A stretch of DNA of 64,000 bases from NCBI GenBank assembly GCA_048941285.1, contig JBHLNS010000008.1, forward strand, positions 1 to 64,000. Direction: 5' to 3'. Within the stretch, counting starts at the first letter, position 1. The number at the start of each line of letters is the position of its first letter. Below are positions 30,022 to 39,882 of the stretch, piece after piece. The notes below the pieces were generated by a model that saw nothing but the letters and a program-made list of their open reading frames with translations, was not told where the DNA came from and made no database searches. Source of the stretch: Promethearchaeota archaeon (lineage in GTDB: Archaea; Asgardarchaeota; Lokiarchaeia; Sigyniarchaeales; SOKP01). The position numbers and the translations under genes are program-made.

Positions 30022-31476
30022 TCACGACTTTTCCAAATGGAATATACCTGAAATAATTGATAAAATAGCTCCTACTAATAGGAGTAATCCCATTACAAAA
30101 CTATTGGCATTACCAAAGTCAATAAAATTATAAAACACACCTAATGACCAAATTATAAAAAACACACCAATTCCTATCAAAATACCTCCAAAAAATTTAG
30201 AAGCTCGATAAATTGCGGAGAGAATTTCTAATCTATGTATTCTACTCTCTTTATCTCTAATTTCTTTTTCTTGACTCTCTAATTCTAGTTTAAGTTTTTG
30301 TAAAATTGCTCTCGAGTCATTAGTACTTGATTCAATTGATTCTTTAGCTTTACTTAATCTCTCATGTTCTGTTTCCATATGCTTTAATTTTTCAGTCAAT
30401 GCTTCTAATCTTTCTTCTCGTTCAATATACTCAGTGTTTGAAGTTTCAATATCTTTTTTCAAATCTACAATTCTTTTTTCATTAGCTTCAATTAGGTTTT
30501 CCTTAGAAATAATTTGTTCAATCAAATTGTTTGCTGTATCATTTAATTCTTGTATCCTAGATTCAATTTCAATTAATTTTTGCTGTTTATCAGTTAACTG
30601 TACTTTATATTTAGCTAGAAGTTCTTCATATGTACCTCTTTGTTTTTCCATTTCGGGAAAACCTTCTTTATATTCTTCAAGTCTTAGTTCGATCTCTTTA
30701 ATCCTACTCTCTTTTTTTTCAATCTGTTCGGTTAAAAGGTTCTTTTCCTCTTCCTTTGCTTCGATTTCTGAATTTGAATGTTCTAATTCAATTTTATTCT
30801 TACTAATTGAGATTTTTAAAGTATCATTTTCAGCGCGTTGACTTTTCAATTTTTTCTCAAATGCTTCAGCTTCTTCTCTTTGTTTGATAAGGAGATCTTC
30901 GTTTGATTGGATCTCTTGATTCAATTTCGAAATTTTATTACGAAGTTCTTCTTGAGTAGTAATTTTCTCTTTTATTGAGTCAGTAAGAACTATTAAATCC
31001 ACTTGCCTTGTTTCATATGTTTTTACCAATTGTTCATTGTTTTTCAAGAGTTCCATATATTCTTGTTCGAGATTGTCTTTACTTTCTGAGGTAATTTTTA
31101 ATCTCTCTTCTAGATTTCCCATTTCTTCATTTTTACGATTATATTTATCCTCAAGCTGTTTAATGGTTTCTTCAATCGCACCAAGATATTCTTCTTTGTC
31201 ATCAATCTTTTTTTGAATAGTATCTAGATTTTTTTGAGCTTCTTTTATTTCGTCACTTATCTCTTCAAGAGGTTTCTTCTCACTCTCTTTTTTTTCAGCA
31301 GCTTCTCCGTTTGTTATAGTTTCTGATATGTCTTCAATGCTATCTTCAAATTTTCTTAATTTTTTATCAATCATATCTCTCGAGTTTTTAGCTTTCGATA
31401 AATATTCCTTATCTACTCTATCAACTTCCCTTTCCGATTTACTTTCCTTCTCTTCTCCTTTGAACTCGTCAGTCAT
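30022..31476 (-). CDS. Long coiled-coil protein with C-terminal two-TM anchor
   Basis: ~420 aa E/K/L heptads, then two hydrophobic helices at the extreme C-terminus. Confidence 0.8.
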   Translation of the reverse strand: MTDEFKGEEKESKSEREVDRVDKEYLSKAKNSRDMIDKKLRKFEDSIEDISETITNGEAAEKKESEKKPLEEISDEIKEAQKNLDTIQKKIDDKEEYLGAIEETIKQLEDKYNRKNEEMGNLEERLKITSESKDNLEQEYMELLKNNEQLVKTYETRQVDLIVLTDSIKEKITTQEELRNKISKLNQEIQSNEDLLIKQREEAEAFEKKLKSQRAENDTLKISISKNKIELEHSNSEIEAKEEEKNLLTEQIEKKESRIKEIELRLEEYKEGFPEMEKQRGTYEELLAKYKVQLTDKQQKLIEIESRIQELNDTANNLIEQIISKENLIEANEKRIVDLKKDIETSNTEYIEREERLEALTEKLKHMETEHERLSKAKESIESSTNDSRAILQKLKLELESQEKEIRDKESRIHRLEILSAIYRASKFFGGILIGIGVFFIIWSLGVFYNFIDFGNANSFVMGLLLLVGAILSIISGIFHLEKS

Positions 31477-31901
31477 TTTATGAATATTGGATTATAATAA
31501 TTTATGTTTCATATAGAATAAGAAAACGAATATTTAATTAATTTCTGCAAAAATAAAATTTTTGTTTAAACAAGTGTCGATTTAAATAATAATTTAAATA
31601 ACCAATCATGAAATCATACACTTCTTAAAACTACCTTATGAAATATTAAAATTATAGATATTTAAATTTTGATTTTTCTTTTTTTTTGTTTTGATTTAAG
31701 GATAAAATTAATGAATAAATTTATATACGATCATGGGTTAGATGATAATTTTGATATTCCTAATAAATATAATGATTAACTTTAGGTTATTTTTTTATTT
31801 TAACCAGATTAAAAGATGTAATGTGGTATTTATCTAAGAGTAGCTTTTAAAATATAAGTGATTTCTGTCTTGAATTGTTTTAAAACTGCTAATTGAAGAA
31901 A

Positions 31902-32876
31902 TTATGATTTATTTTTTCTCATAAATAATAACACCTCATCATATGAAGTATTAGGCATAGGCCCAAAAGATGCAACTTTTAAAGCACCAATTGCATTTGC
32001 AAACGTGGCAATATCTTTAAGTGCCCAACCCGCTAAATATCCTATAATAAATGCACCTCCAAAGCAATCTCCTGCGCCTGTAGGGTCTTTTTCCACAGCT
32101 TTAAAACCTTTTACCTTTAAACCTTCAAATTTCTCTGAACTAAAAACTGTACATCCCTCACTTCCTTGTTTTAATACCACAATTTTTGGCCCCATCTCAA
32201 GTAATTTTTGGCATGATTCCTTAGATCCCTTCATACCTGCTAAATTTTCAGCTTCTTCTCCACTTGGTAGTAAAATTTCCGTTTTTTCTAAAATAGGTTT
32301 ACTGATCTTTAAAATCGTTTTTAAATCTAGCATTTCAGCCCTAAGATTAGGATCAAATGATACTATTACATTTGGATTATTTTCTTTTGCTATTTTTATT
32401 GCTTTATAACATGCATCTCGTGATTTATCACTAATAGAAAGAGCACTACCCATTATATGGAGGTTCTTTATATTCTTAAAATATTCTTTTTTTATATCCG
32501 ATACTGATGTTTCTCCAGCAGCTCCTTGCGAGAAAATAAATTTACGAGAACCATCTGAATTATATTGGTTAAAAGCGATTCCTGTAGTTAGATCATTGGT
32601 AATTCTGATTTGAGAAGTATCCACATTGTCATAATATAATTTTTTCATAATACAATGTCCAAACTCATCATTTCCTATAACCCCAATAAATCCAGTAGAT
32701 AAATTAAATGGTTTTCCCATTCTAGCTGCAGTGTCAATAAATATTGCAGGTGCTCCACTTGGGAAAGGGCCTCTATAAATTTCTCCAATCTCCCCATGTT
32801 GGGCATCTTTTTTCTCTCGCATTATTTCTACTAACAATTCTCCAAGTGAAATAATATCAGGATATTTCGTCATCAT
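31902..32876 (-). CDS. PfkB-family sugar kinase
   Basis: PSGAPAI…GVIGNDEFG…FDPNLR…DPTGAGDCFGG. Confidence 0.92.
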   Translation of the reverse strand: MMTKYPDIISLGELLVEIMREKKDAQHGEIGEIYRGPFPSGAPAIFIDTAARMGKPFNLSTGFIGVIGNDEFGHCIMKKLYYDNVDTSQIRITNDLTTGIAFNQYNSDGSRKFIFSQGAAGETSVSDIKKEYFKNIKNLHIMGSALSISDKSRDACYKAIKIAKENNPNVIVSFDPNLRAEMLDLKTILKISKPILEKTEILLPSGEEAENLAGMKGSKESCQKLLEMGPKIVVLKQGSEGCTVFSSEKFEGLKVKGFKAVEKDPTGAGDCFGGAFIIGYLAGWALKDIATFANAIGALKVASFGPMPNTSYDEVLLFMRKNKS

Positions 32877-32984
32877 AATTTAGTAATCTCTTTTCTAGCA
32901 GATTTTTATTATAAACTAATTTGGATTTGAAAAAATTAGTTTCTATAAGATTTCGAATATAATATTTCTAAGTTGAAAAAGATG

Positions 32985-33899
32985 TCATTTTATAAATTTC
33001 TGTTTAAATGATTCGATAGTACTTGATATTTCATTAATGTGAATTTTTAATTCCTTTGGATGAATTTCTTTTAATTTATCTAGATTTTCTATAATTTCCT
33101 TCAATTCATCTATCCAAAGATTCATAAGAATTTCTTTTTCTTTGTTTTTACAAGCTAATTTTATTTCATCATTTATCCATTCTTTTGCGCTTTCTTTTAT
33201 CTGTTTTTTTTGAACATCAAGGGTGATTTTTACTAAATCTTGTTCATTTTTTAAGCTCTCTAACATGAGTTCTAGATTATTCTTAAACTCTGTGTTTTCT
33301 TCATTATATTTTTTAATTATATCTCGTAGAACTTCTTCTTTAATACCAAACTCTTCCCTGACATGATTAACCTTTGTAGCAAATTCTTCACTCAAATTGT
33401 TGATTTTTCCTATGATTGATTCTATGTGATTTTTAAAATTAGTTATATGTTTATCTAACTTTTGGTCAACCGTCATAAATTTATTTTCTATCTCTAAATT
33501 AAGTGTTTTAAAGTTAGTCTCTAGTTTATTTGAAAGTGATGTGAATTTATCTTTTAATTCACTTTCAAACAAGTTTGTTGAATCCTCGATTATCTTGGTT
33601 GTTGAAGTTTCTTGTTTTTCTAGGTTTTGCTTTTGTTGCGTGAGCTGTTCTTTTGTATATTGTTCTAATTTATTGATTTGGTCACTCGATTTCGCTTCAA
33701 GAGCATCAACTTTTTCATTTAGACCTTGATCAAGTTTATTCAACCGATTAGATAATTTTTTTTCTAAATTGTTTATTTGTTCATTTGTTTTTTGCTCTGA
33801 TTTTTTTATCTGTTCATTAATTTTGTTATCTAGCTTGCTAAGTAGTTCTTTTAATTTCTGGAATTCCTTTAAAGATATTTCTTCAGATATTTTGTTCAC
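32985..33899 (-). CDS. All-helical coiled-coil protein
   Basis: 304 aa rich in K/E/N/L heptads, no catalytic motif. Confidence 0.75.
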   Translation of the reverse strand: MNKISEEISLKEFQKLKELLSKLDNKINEQIKKSEQKTNEQINNLEKKLSNRLNKLDQGLNEKVDALEAKSSDQINKLEQYTKEQLTQQKQNLEKQETSTTKIIEDSTNLFESELKDKFTSLSNKLETNFKTLNLEIENKFMTVDQKLDKHITNFKNHIESIIGKINNLSEEFATKVNHVREEFGIKEEVLRDIIKKYNEENTEFKNNLELMLESLKNEQDLVKITLDVQKKQIKESAKEWINDEIKLACKNKEKEILMNLWIDELKEIIENLDKLKEIHPKELKIHINEISSTIESFKQKFIK

Positions 33900-33958
33900 C
33901 TTTTTTCATCATTAATTCTTCAATTATATTTATTTTGTTTAATAAACAAAAAATATAC

Positions 33959-34963
33959 TTAATCAAATTGAAATTGTTCCTCTTTTGTTTTTAAGATTAT
34001 TTTCACCAATTCAAATTCTTCTCTTTTTAATTTTTCAATTATTTCAATATTGTTTTCAAAGTCTTTTTTAGCTATAATTAAAAGCTCTCTAAGGTTGTAA
34101 ATTAAATCATTAACTGATTTAGAGTAAGTTCTTTTTAATTTCATTATAGTTTTACTAAGTTCAGATAAATTAATCAAAAATGTATCAATAATATCGAGTT
34201 TTTGAATCGAGTTGTTTTCTAACTCTTTTTTTAGAAAGTCGTAGAATTTCAATTCTTTAGTTTCTTTTTCCTCAATACTAACTTCTTTGATTTTTGGTGA
34301 TATTTCCTGCTTTTTTAGTATTACATCTAAATTATTTAAAGTTACTAATTCAGTTTTTAATTGTTTTTCGTTTTTATTGATTGATTTCAAAAATCCTGAA
34401 GCTGTATTATTCTGAACAATATCAGGATATAAGATTTCTGCTTTTCGTAAAAAAGTATAAACTAATAATTCAAAAGAATCATTAATATTTTTGCCTGTTT
34501 TAGCAGATACGAATACTAAATTATCATTCTTAGTTAAAAAATTAGTGAGATTAGTTTTAATCTGTTTGTCATTGGTGACTAGATCCAATTTATTACCGAT
34601 AAAAAGTCTTAAAACATCCTCAGAATGATAATTTACATTTTCTAAGAACTCATCTCTTAGGTGTTTTAAAGTTTCTTTTGGTTTTGTTAAATCGAAAACT
34701 AAAAGCACGATATCGATATTTTTATATAATGCGGGATTAAAGGGATTAAACGACCTTTGACCTCCTATATCCCATATCGAAAGCAAAACTCTTATTATAT
34801 TTCCATTATCTTTCATAACATATTCTTTTTTAGTAGTTTCACTACCAATTGTTGGTAAATATTGATCGGGAAATTGACGCCCCATAAACGCGTTTATAAT
34901 TGAAGTTTTCCCAACATCTCCTTCTCCGAGAACAACCAGTTTTAAATTTATAGTATTATCCAA
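33959..34963 (-). CDS. Rab/Ras-like small GTPase with C-terminal helical/coiled-coil extension
   Basis: G1 GEGDVGKTS, G2 PTIG, G3 WDIGGQ, G4 NKLD, G5 SAK. Confidence 0.9.
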   Translation of the reverse strand: MDNTINLKLVVLGEGDVGKTSIINAFMGRQFPDQYLPTIGSETTKKEYVMKDNGNIIRVLLSIWDIGGQRSFNPFNPALYKNIDIVLLVFDLTKPKETLKHLRDEFLENVNYHSEDVLRLFIGNKLDLVTNDKQIKTNLTNFLTKNDNLVFVSAKTGKNINDSFELLVYTFLRKAEILYPDIVQNNTASGFLKSINKNEKQLKTELVTLNNLDVILKKQEISPKIKEVSIEEKETKELKFYDFLKKELENNSIQKLDIIDTFLINLSELSKTIMKLKRTYSKSVNDLIYNLRELLIIAKKDFENNIEIIEKLKREEFELVKIILKTKEEQFQFD

Positions 34964-35284
34964 CTTATTAACAGCCTAGAAAATGTTAGTAAGATTCTTG
35001 TTTTGTAAATTTTCCGGCGCGAAGAACCTTTATGAAGAATAATTTAATTTATTAAAACAAAAACGAAACTTATATTTAAATATATTTAGAACTATTGTTC
35101 CAAAAACCCCAAAAATACAATTTAAATCTAAAATTAAACAAACTTTCATTTATAAAAAAAAGCACCTGCTATCCAATTAATTTCTTTTAAATATCTAAAA
35201 ACTTTATATTACTATTTGATTTTTCACTATCATTATTATTATGTTATGATAATTATTAAAAATAGTTGAAATTGGTATAAGAAC

Positions 35285-36322
35285 ATGGGATTAAGAACAA
35301 ATATAACAGAAATGTTTGGAATTAAGCATCCAATAATTGCAGCTCCTATGGGACCATTTTATACAAAAGAATTGACGGTAGCTGTTTCTGAAGCAGGAGG
35401 ATTAGGTGTATTAAGCCATACTAACCTATTTGGGAAAAGTAGCTTAGAAGAAATGAAATCTGATATGGAATATGTAGTTGAACATACAGATAAACCTTTT
35501 GGATTTAATATTAGAACTTCTAGATTACAACTAGATGCGCCGGGACTTTGTCGAGGGATTTCAAGGTTCATTATGGAGAATCCTAAAATAAAAGAACAAT
35601 GTCTTTATGCCGTAACTAGTGCAGGTTCTCCAAGAACATTACCAAAAGCAAAAACCTATCAGAAATTGAAAGAAAGTGGATCCAATATTAAGCACTTTCA
35701 TGTTGCACCAGCCTTATGGCTTGCTGACAAATGTGTGGAATCCGGTGTTGATGGAATGGTTATTACTGGATGGGAAGGTGGAGGGCATCAAAGTTATGAA
35801 AAAATTAGTTCCTTAGTTCTATTGCAGCAAGTCACAAGAAAACATCCAAATACTCCAATAATAGCATGTGGAGGATTTTCTAGTGGAGAAGGATTAGCAT
35901 CAGCCCTAGCTATGGGCGCAGGAGCTATAGCGATGGGTTCAAGATTTATTGCTTCAAAAGAAAGTGAATTCCATGAAAAGTATAAAAATATTATCCCTCC
36001 ATCAAAAGCCGATGATACCTTATGGGTTACTGGTGTTCTTGGGCCAATTCGCCTTTGGAAAAATAATTACTCTTTACATCATGGAGTTGTGAAAAGCAAA
36101 GAGGAAAAAATGGCTCAAGAAGCACAGATAACACCAGAAATGGCTATGGAAGATCAAAAACATTATGAAATGACCTATAAAGGTAATATTGAAGATGGAG
36201 CTGTTTTATTAGGCCAGAGTATTGGCTTAATTAATTCTGTAGATAGTGTTCAAGACATTATAGCATCTATTGTTAGGGATGCTGAAAAAAGATTAAAAGA
36301 GGCAAATAGCTGTATTGTATAA
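35285..36322 (+). CDS. Nitronate monooxygenase / enoyl-ACP reductase II family flavoprotein
   Basis: IKHPIIAAPM…VSEAGGLG…GWEGGGH…IIACGG…MGSRFIASKES. Confidence 0.9.
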   Translation: MGLRTNITEMFGIKHPIIAAPMGPFYTKELTVAVSEAGGLGVLSHTNLFGKSSLEEMKSDMEYVVEHTDKPFGFNIRTSRLQLDAPGLCRGISRFIMENPKIKEQCLYAVTSAGSPRTLPKAKTYQKLKESGSNIKHFHVAPALWLADKCVESGVDGMVITGWEGGGHQSYEKISSLVLLQQVTRKHPNTPIIACGGFSSGEGLASALAMGAGAIAMGSRFIASKESEFHEKYKNIIPPSKADDTLWVTGVLGPIRLWKNNYSLHHGVVKSKEEKMAQEAQITPEMAMEDQKHYEMTYKGNIEDGAVLLGQSIGLINSVDSVQDIIASIVRDAEKRLKEANSCIV

Positions 36323-36539
36323 TTATATGCAATACTTATATTATTTTTTATCTTAATTTATTATATTTTAACTAAATCATCTTATCTAAAAATAAATTCA
36401 AAGATAGAATTACAATTAATGCATAAATATGATGATAGCTAAAAGTACATAAATTATAATTTTATAAATTATAATTATAGATTGATCTTGTTTAGTTATC
36501 TAAGTAAAGTTCCTTACATTAAATATGGAGTTGTTTGTT

Positions 36540-36773
36540 ATGGGTGAGTATGATGATGAGGATTATGTTTATTGTGAAAATTGCGAGAAAGAAATACTCC
36601 AAGATAACGCAATTTATGTAGGAGGGAAACCTTATTGTAAAAACTGTTATCGTGATGCTGAGGAATATGAGACAATTGATGTATATAATGATGAGGAAGA
36701 TGATAATGAGGAAGATGATGATGATGATGATGATGACGATGAAGATGATGATGACGAGGACGATTATGATTAA
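36540..36773 (+). CDS. Small zinc-finger (LIM-like knuckle) protein with poly-acidic tail
   Basis: CENCEKEI…GGKPYCKNCY followed by an Asp/Glu run; ATG 36540 (alternative 36525). Confidence 0.7.
   Translation: MGEYDDEDYVYCENCEKEILQDNAIYVGGKPYCKNCYRDAEEYETIDVYNDEEDDNEEDDDDDDDDDEDDDDEDDYD
36714..36734 (+). repeat. (GAT)7 trinucleotide repeat encoding poly-Asp
   Basis: Direct reading; lies in a wider GAY/GAR-rich tract 36687-36770. Confidence 0.85.
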
Positions 36774-36842
36774 AGTCGTACGTGTCTAAAACTTCGAAGC
36801 CTGATTATCGAATTTAATAATTACCAAACAATCTATTTAAAG

Positions 36843-37328
36843 ATGGTAAAAATGTCAAGCAGCAGACAAGAAATTAGTCCATATAATTATATTAAGTATT
36901 TTAAGAGACATACTGCATTATTAGTTTCTATGGATAAAAATGGAAAACTCAACGTTATGGCTTTAGATTGGAAGAATATTGAAGAGCTAGATGGCAGCCC
37001 TGTCATTAGAGTACAGGTGGCCTATAGTAGATATACTTATAAATTACTTACTGAAGGAGTAAATGAATTTACAGTAAATATACCTTCAGAAAAAATATAT
37101 GACGCTATAGATATTGCTGGTAGTTATTCTGGAAGAAATTTTGATAAATTTAAAGAAATTCACTTAGAAACTATTCCAGGAAAACGAACTCAAGTACCTA
37201 CTATAAAAGATTGTTTATTAAACTATGAGTGTCAAATTGTTCATTCAAGTGAATCAAATTTAAGTAGTCATCACTATTTTTATGGAAAGATCTTAACCGC
37301 TTATGCCTTAAATGACATTTTCAAATAA
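36843..37328 (+). CDS. Flavin reductase-like family protein
   Basis: LLVS…NVMALDW…RYTY…EFTVNIP…GSYSGRNFDKF…YECQI. Confidence 0.85.
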   Translation: MVKMSSSRQEISPYNYIKYFKRHTALLVSMDKNGKLNVMALDWKNIEELDGSPVIRVQVAYSRYTYKLLTEGVNEFTVNIPSEKIYDAIDIAGSYSGRNFDKFKEIHLETIPGKRTQVPTIKDCLLNYECQIVHSSESNLSSHHYFYGKILTAYALNDIFK

Positions 37329-37380
37329 TATTTTGTGTATATTAAGGTAGACTTCAAATAATTTTAGGATTAAATTCATT

Positions 37381-38814
37381 ATGAGGGAGCCAATAGCATT
37401 AACTTGTATAAATTGTAAGAAAACATTTGAATTTACGTTTATTAATAATATATGTCCTGAATGTAGGGGTATGTTATGGGTTGAATCTAATTTAGATAAA
37501 ATTAGAGAAAATTTTACTAAAGTTAAAACAGACTACAGATTTTGGGATTATAAGTTTACTTTTCCTCCCATTGAAAACGATTTTATTATTTCATTAGGGG
37601 AAGGTGGAACTCCCTGCAGAAGTTCAAAGCAATTTGGTAAAAAATTGGGATATAAAAATCTATATTTTAAAGATGAAACTCAAAATCCAACTAATTCTTT
37701 TAAAGATCGTGTAGCAGCATTATTAATTTCGCATGCACGGAGCTGGGGTTATGAAAAAGTAGTTTGCGCTTCTAATGGAAACCAAGGCGCTTCAATTGCT
37801 GCATATTGTTCTCTTGAGGGAATTGAATGTATGAACATTATACCTAGAGAAATTGATGCAGGTAAAAAGGCTCAAATGATCGCATATAATTCAGATTTAA
37901 AAATAGAAGGAGAAACTGTTGATGATGCTATTGATTATGTTATAAAGAATAAAAATTTTGAAAATTATTATCAATGCACTCCAGAATTAAATCCACTTAC
38001 ACTTGAAGCCCAAAAAACGATAGCTTATGAAATTATTAACCAGATTGATAACCCAAATTGGATTATAGTTCCAATGGGAAGTGGGGAGCTATTGGTAAGC
38101 ATGTGGAAAGGATTTAATGAACTTAAACAAATAAAAATTATTGAAGAAATACCTAAATTAATAGGTGTTCAATCTGAATCCTCATCACCAATAGTAAATG
38201 AATATTTTAGCAAAGATACATCAAAAGCTAAAAAAAAGAATACTCACAAATCAATAGCATTAGGGATATTGGTTAAAAATCCAATATATAAAGATTTAGC
38301 TATAAAATGTATAAGAGACACTGATGGAACTGTAATTGCAGTTCCCGAAGATCTAATATTAAACTCAATTGAAGAACTTATAAGGAGTGAAGGGATATTT
38401 GCAGAACCATCATCAGCTCTAACTTTAGCTGCTTTACAATTACTTGATCAAAAATCCTTATTTAAATCTAAAGATAATATCATCTGTCTTATTACTGGAA
38501 GCGGATTAAAAGCACCATATATATTAGAAGCAATTTCATCCCAAACTAAGACAACAGGAAAAGGATCTATAATTATTACAAAACTAAAAATTTTATCTCA
38601 AATATCTCTTTCAAGTATTAAAGGTATAACTGGGACAGATATTAAGGAAATCATGGAGAATATAAGTTTAGCCGCTATTTATCAGCATCTTAAGGAATTG
38701 GAAATAAAGGGCTTAATCACAAGAAAAAAAGAAGGTAAAAATGTGTTATATTTTATATCTGATTCTGGAAAAAAAGTCTTAGATGCTCTAGATGTTTTAA
38801 TTACCTTGCTTTAA
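37381..38814 (+). CDS. thrC: Threonine synthase with C-terminal winged-helix domain
   Basis: N-terminal CxxC…CxxC, SLGEGGTP, NPTNSFKDR, ASNGN, EPSSA, TGSGLK; C-terminal LAAIYQHLKELE…YFISDSG. Confidence 0.85.
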   Translation: MREPIALTCINCKKTFEFTFINNICPECRGMLWVESNLDKIRENFTKVKTDYRFWDYKFTFPPIENDFIISLGEGGTPCRSSKQFGKKLGYKNLYFKDETQNPTNSFKDRVAALLISHARSWGYEKVVCASNGNQGASIAAYCSLEGIECMNIIPREIDAGKKAQMIAYNSDLKIEGETVDDAIDYVIKNKNFENYYQCTPELNPLTLEAQKTIAYEIINQIDNPNWIIVPMGSGELLVSMWKGFNELKQIKIIEEIPKLIGVQSESSSPIVNEYFSKDTSKAKKKNTHKSIALGILVKNPIYKDLAIKCIRDTDGTVIAVPEDLILNSIEELIRSEGIFAEPSSALTLAALQLLDQKSLFKSKDNIICLITGSGLKAPYILEAISSQTKTTGKGSIIITKLKILSQISLSSIKGITGTDIKEIMENISLAAIYQHLKELEIKGLITRKKEGKNVLYFISDSGKKVLDALDVLITLL

Positions 38815-39449
38815 TATTTTTCCTCTACATCCTTCCCTGTTTCCGTATAAATAAATATTTTATCAAAAACTTGAGGTAAATTAACTATAATATTTTTTCG
38901 AGCAAAAATTGCGAACAAGATTGCTGCAGCCACTCCAAAACCGAATTGAATTGCACTATTAAAGAAAAATTCGAATATTGCCGCTGGAAATCCATATATG
39001 ATAATCTCTGTTATAAGGTACCCGAAAATCATTATTAATCCTCCTAATATTACTGCAATTATGTCTCTATAATTAAATTTTAAATAATTTTTTTTTGGAT
39101 TAGCAATAAAACCCACAATAAATCCTTCCAATCCTTTTATTATTAATGTAGGAAAAACATATAAAGGCGCTAAAAAAATATCTGTAATAGCAGAACCTAA
39201 CCCTCCTGCAATGCCACCAATTATGGGCCCAAACAAAATACCTGAAATCATAACTCCAATATCCCCAAGATTAATATAACCTCCAGTTGCAGGGATCGTC
39301 AAAGGCACAATGAAGGTTAATAGACACGTTAAAGCTGTAAAAATAGCAATCATTGAAATTAATAATGCATTATTAGGTATAAAATAACCATATAGGCCTC
39401 TTTGATTAAAAGAACTTTTACTTCTTACAATCTTACTTTTTACACCCAT
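38811..39449 (-). CDS. ECF transporter S component
   Basis: IPATGGYINLGD…LFGP…GGLGSAITD…TLIIKGLEG. Confidence 0.9.
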   Translation of the reverse strand: MGVKSKIVRSKSSFNQRGLYGYFIPNNALLISMIAIFTALTCLLTFIVPLTIPATGGYINLGDIGVMISGILFGPIIGGIAGGLGSAITDIFLAPLYVFPTLIIKGLEGFIVGFIANPKKNYLKFNYRDIIAVILGGLIMIFGYLITEIIIYGFPAAIFEFFFNSAIQFGFGVAAAILFAIFARKNIIVNLPQVFDKIFIYTETGKDVEEKY

Positions 39450-39495
39450 CTTTTCTCATTTCATTAATGTAAGTCTGAACTTATATATAATCATT

Positions 39496-39517
39496 TATAT
39501 AAGTTTAAACTTATATA
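39496..39517. promoter_or_regulatory. Perfect 22-bp palindrome upstream of ECF S gene
   Basis: TATATAAGTTTAAACTTATATA, overlapping a near-direct repeat (39471-39490 / 39501-39520). Confidence 0.4.
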
Positions 39518-39563
39518 TAAATATTTCTGAAAAATTTGAAATCTTATTTTATAATAAATTCAG

Positions 39564-39707
39564 TTAGTTAGATTTACAATTTTCACATTCAATTTCATCA
39601 AAATCCTCCCAATCATCTCTATAAATCTTAATTTTGCCTGTATCACGACAATGCACGCATTTGTATTCTGAACTTATGAATGTTTCTTTTTCAACTAATT
39701 TAGTCAT
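39564..39707 (-). CDS. 47-aa zinc-finger microprotein (not in ORF track)
   Basis: MTKLVEKETFISSEYKCVHCRDTGKIKIYRDDWEDFDEIECENCKSN*. Confidence 0.65.
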   Translation of the reverse strand: MTKLVEKETFISSEYKCVHCRDTGKIKIYRDDWEDFDEIECENCKSN

Positions 39708-39882
39708 AATGCTAAATTTATTTCTATTTATTTAAATAAAAAATTCTCAATAAAAAATGGCAATTCCACTTATTTATAAGTTTGGGTTAAGAAATTTATT
39801 CAATTAAGATATCATAACAAAATTTAGGATAAAAATGAAAATGTCTTGATTAATTAATTCTATTAATTATAGAAAAGAAGAA

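Noticed and set aside
31477-31901. Long AT-rich intergenic region as possible origin, CRISPR leader or ncRNA
   Set aside because: No repeat-spacer structure, ORB-like repeats or GC-rich stems seen
35005-35040. GC-rich patch CGCGAAGAACCTT resembling a 16S rRNA segment or a C/D guide
   Set aside because: Only ~13 nt, no flanking rRNA similarity and no proper C/D box pair
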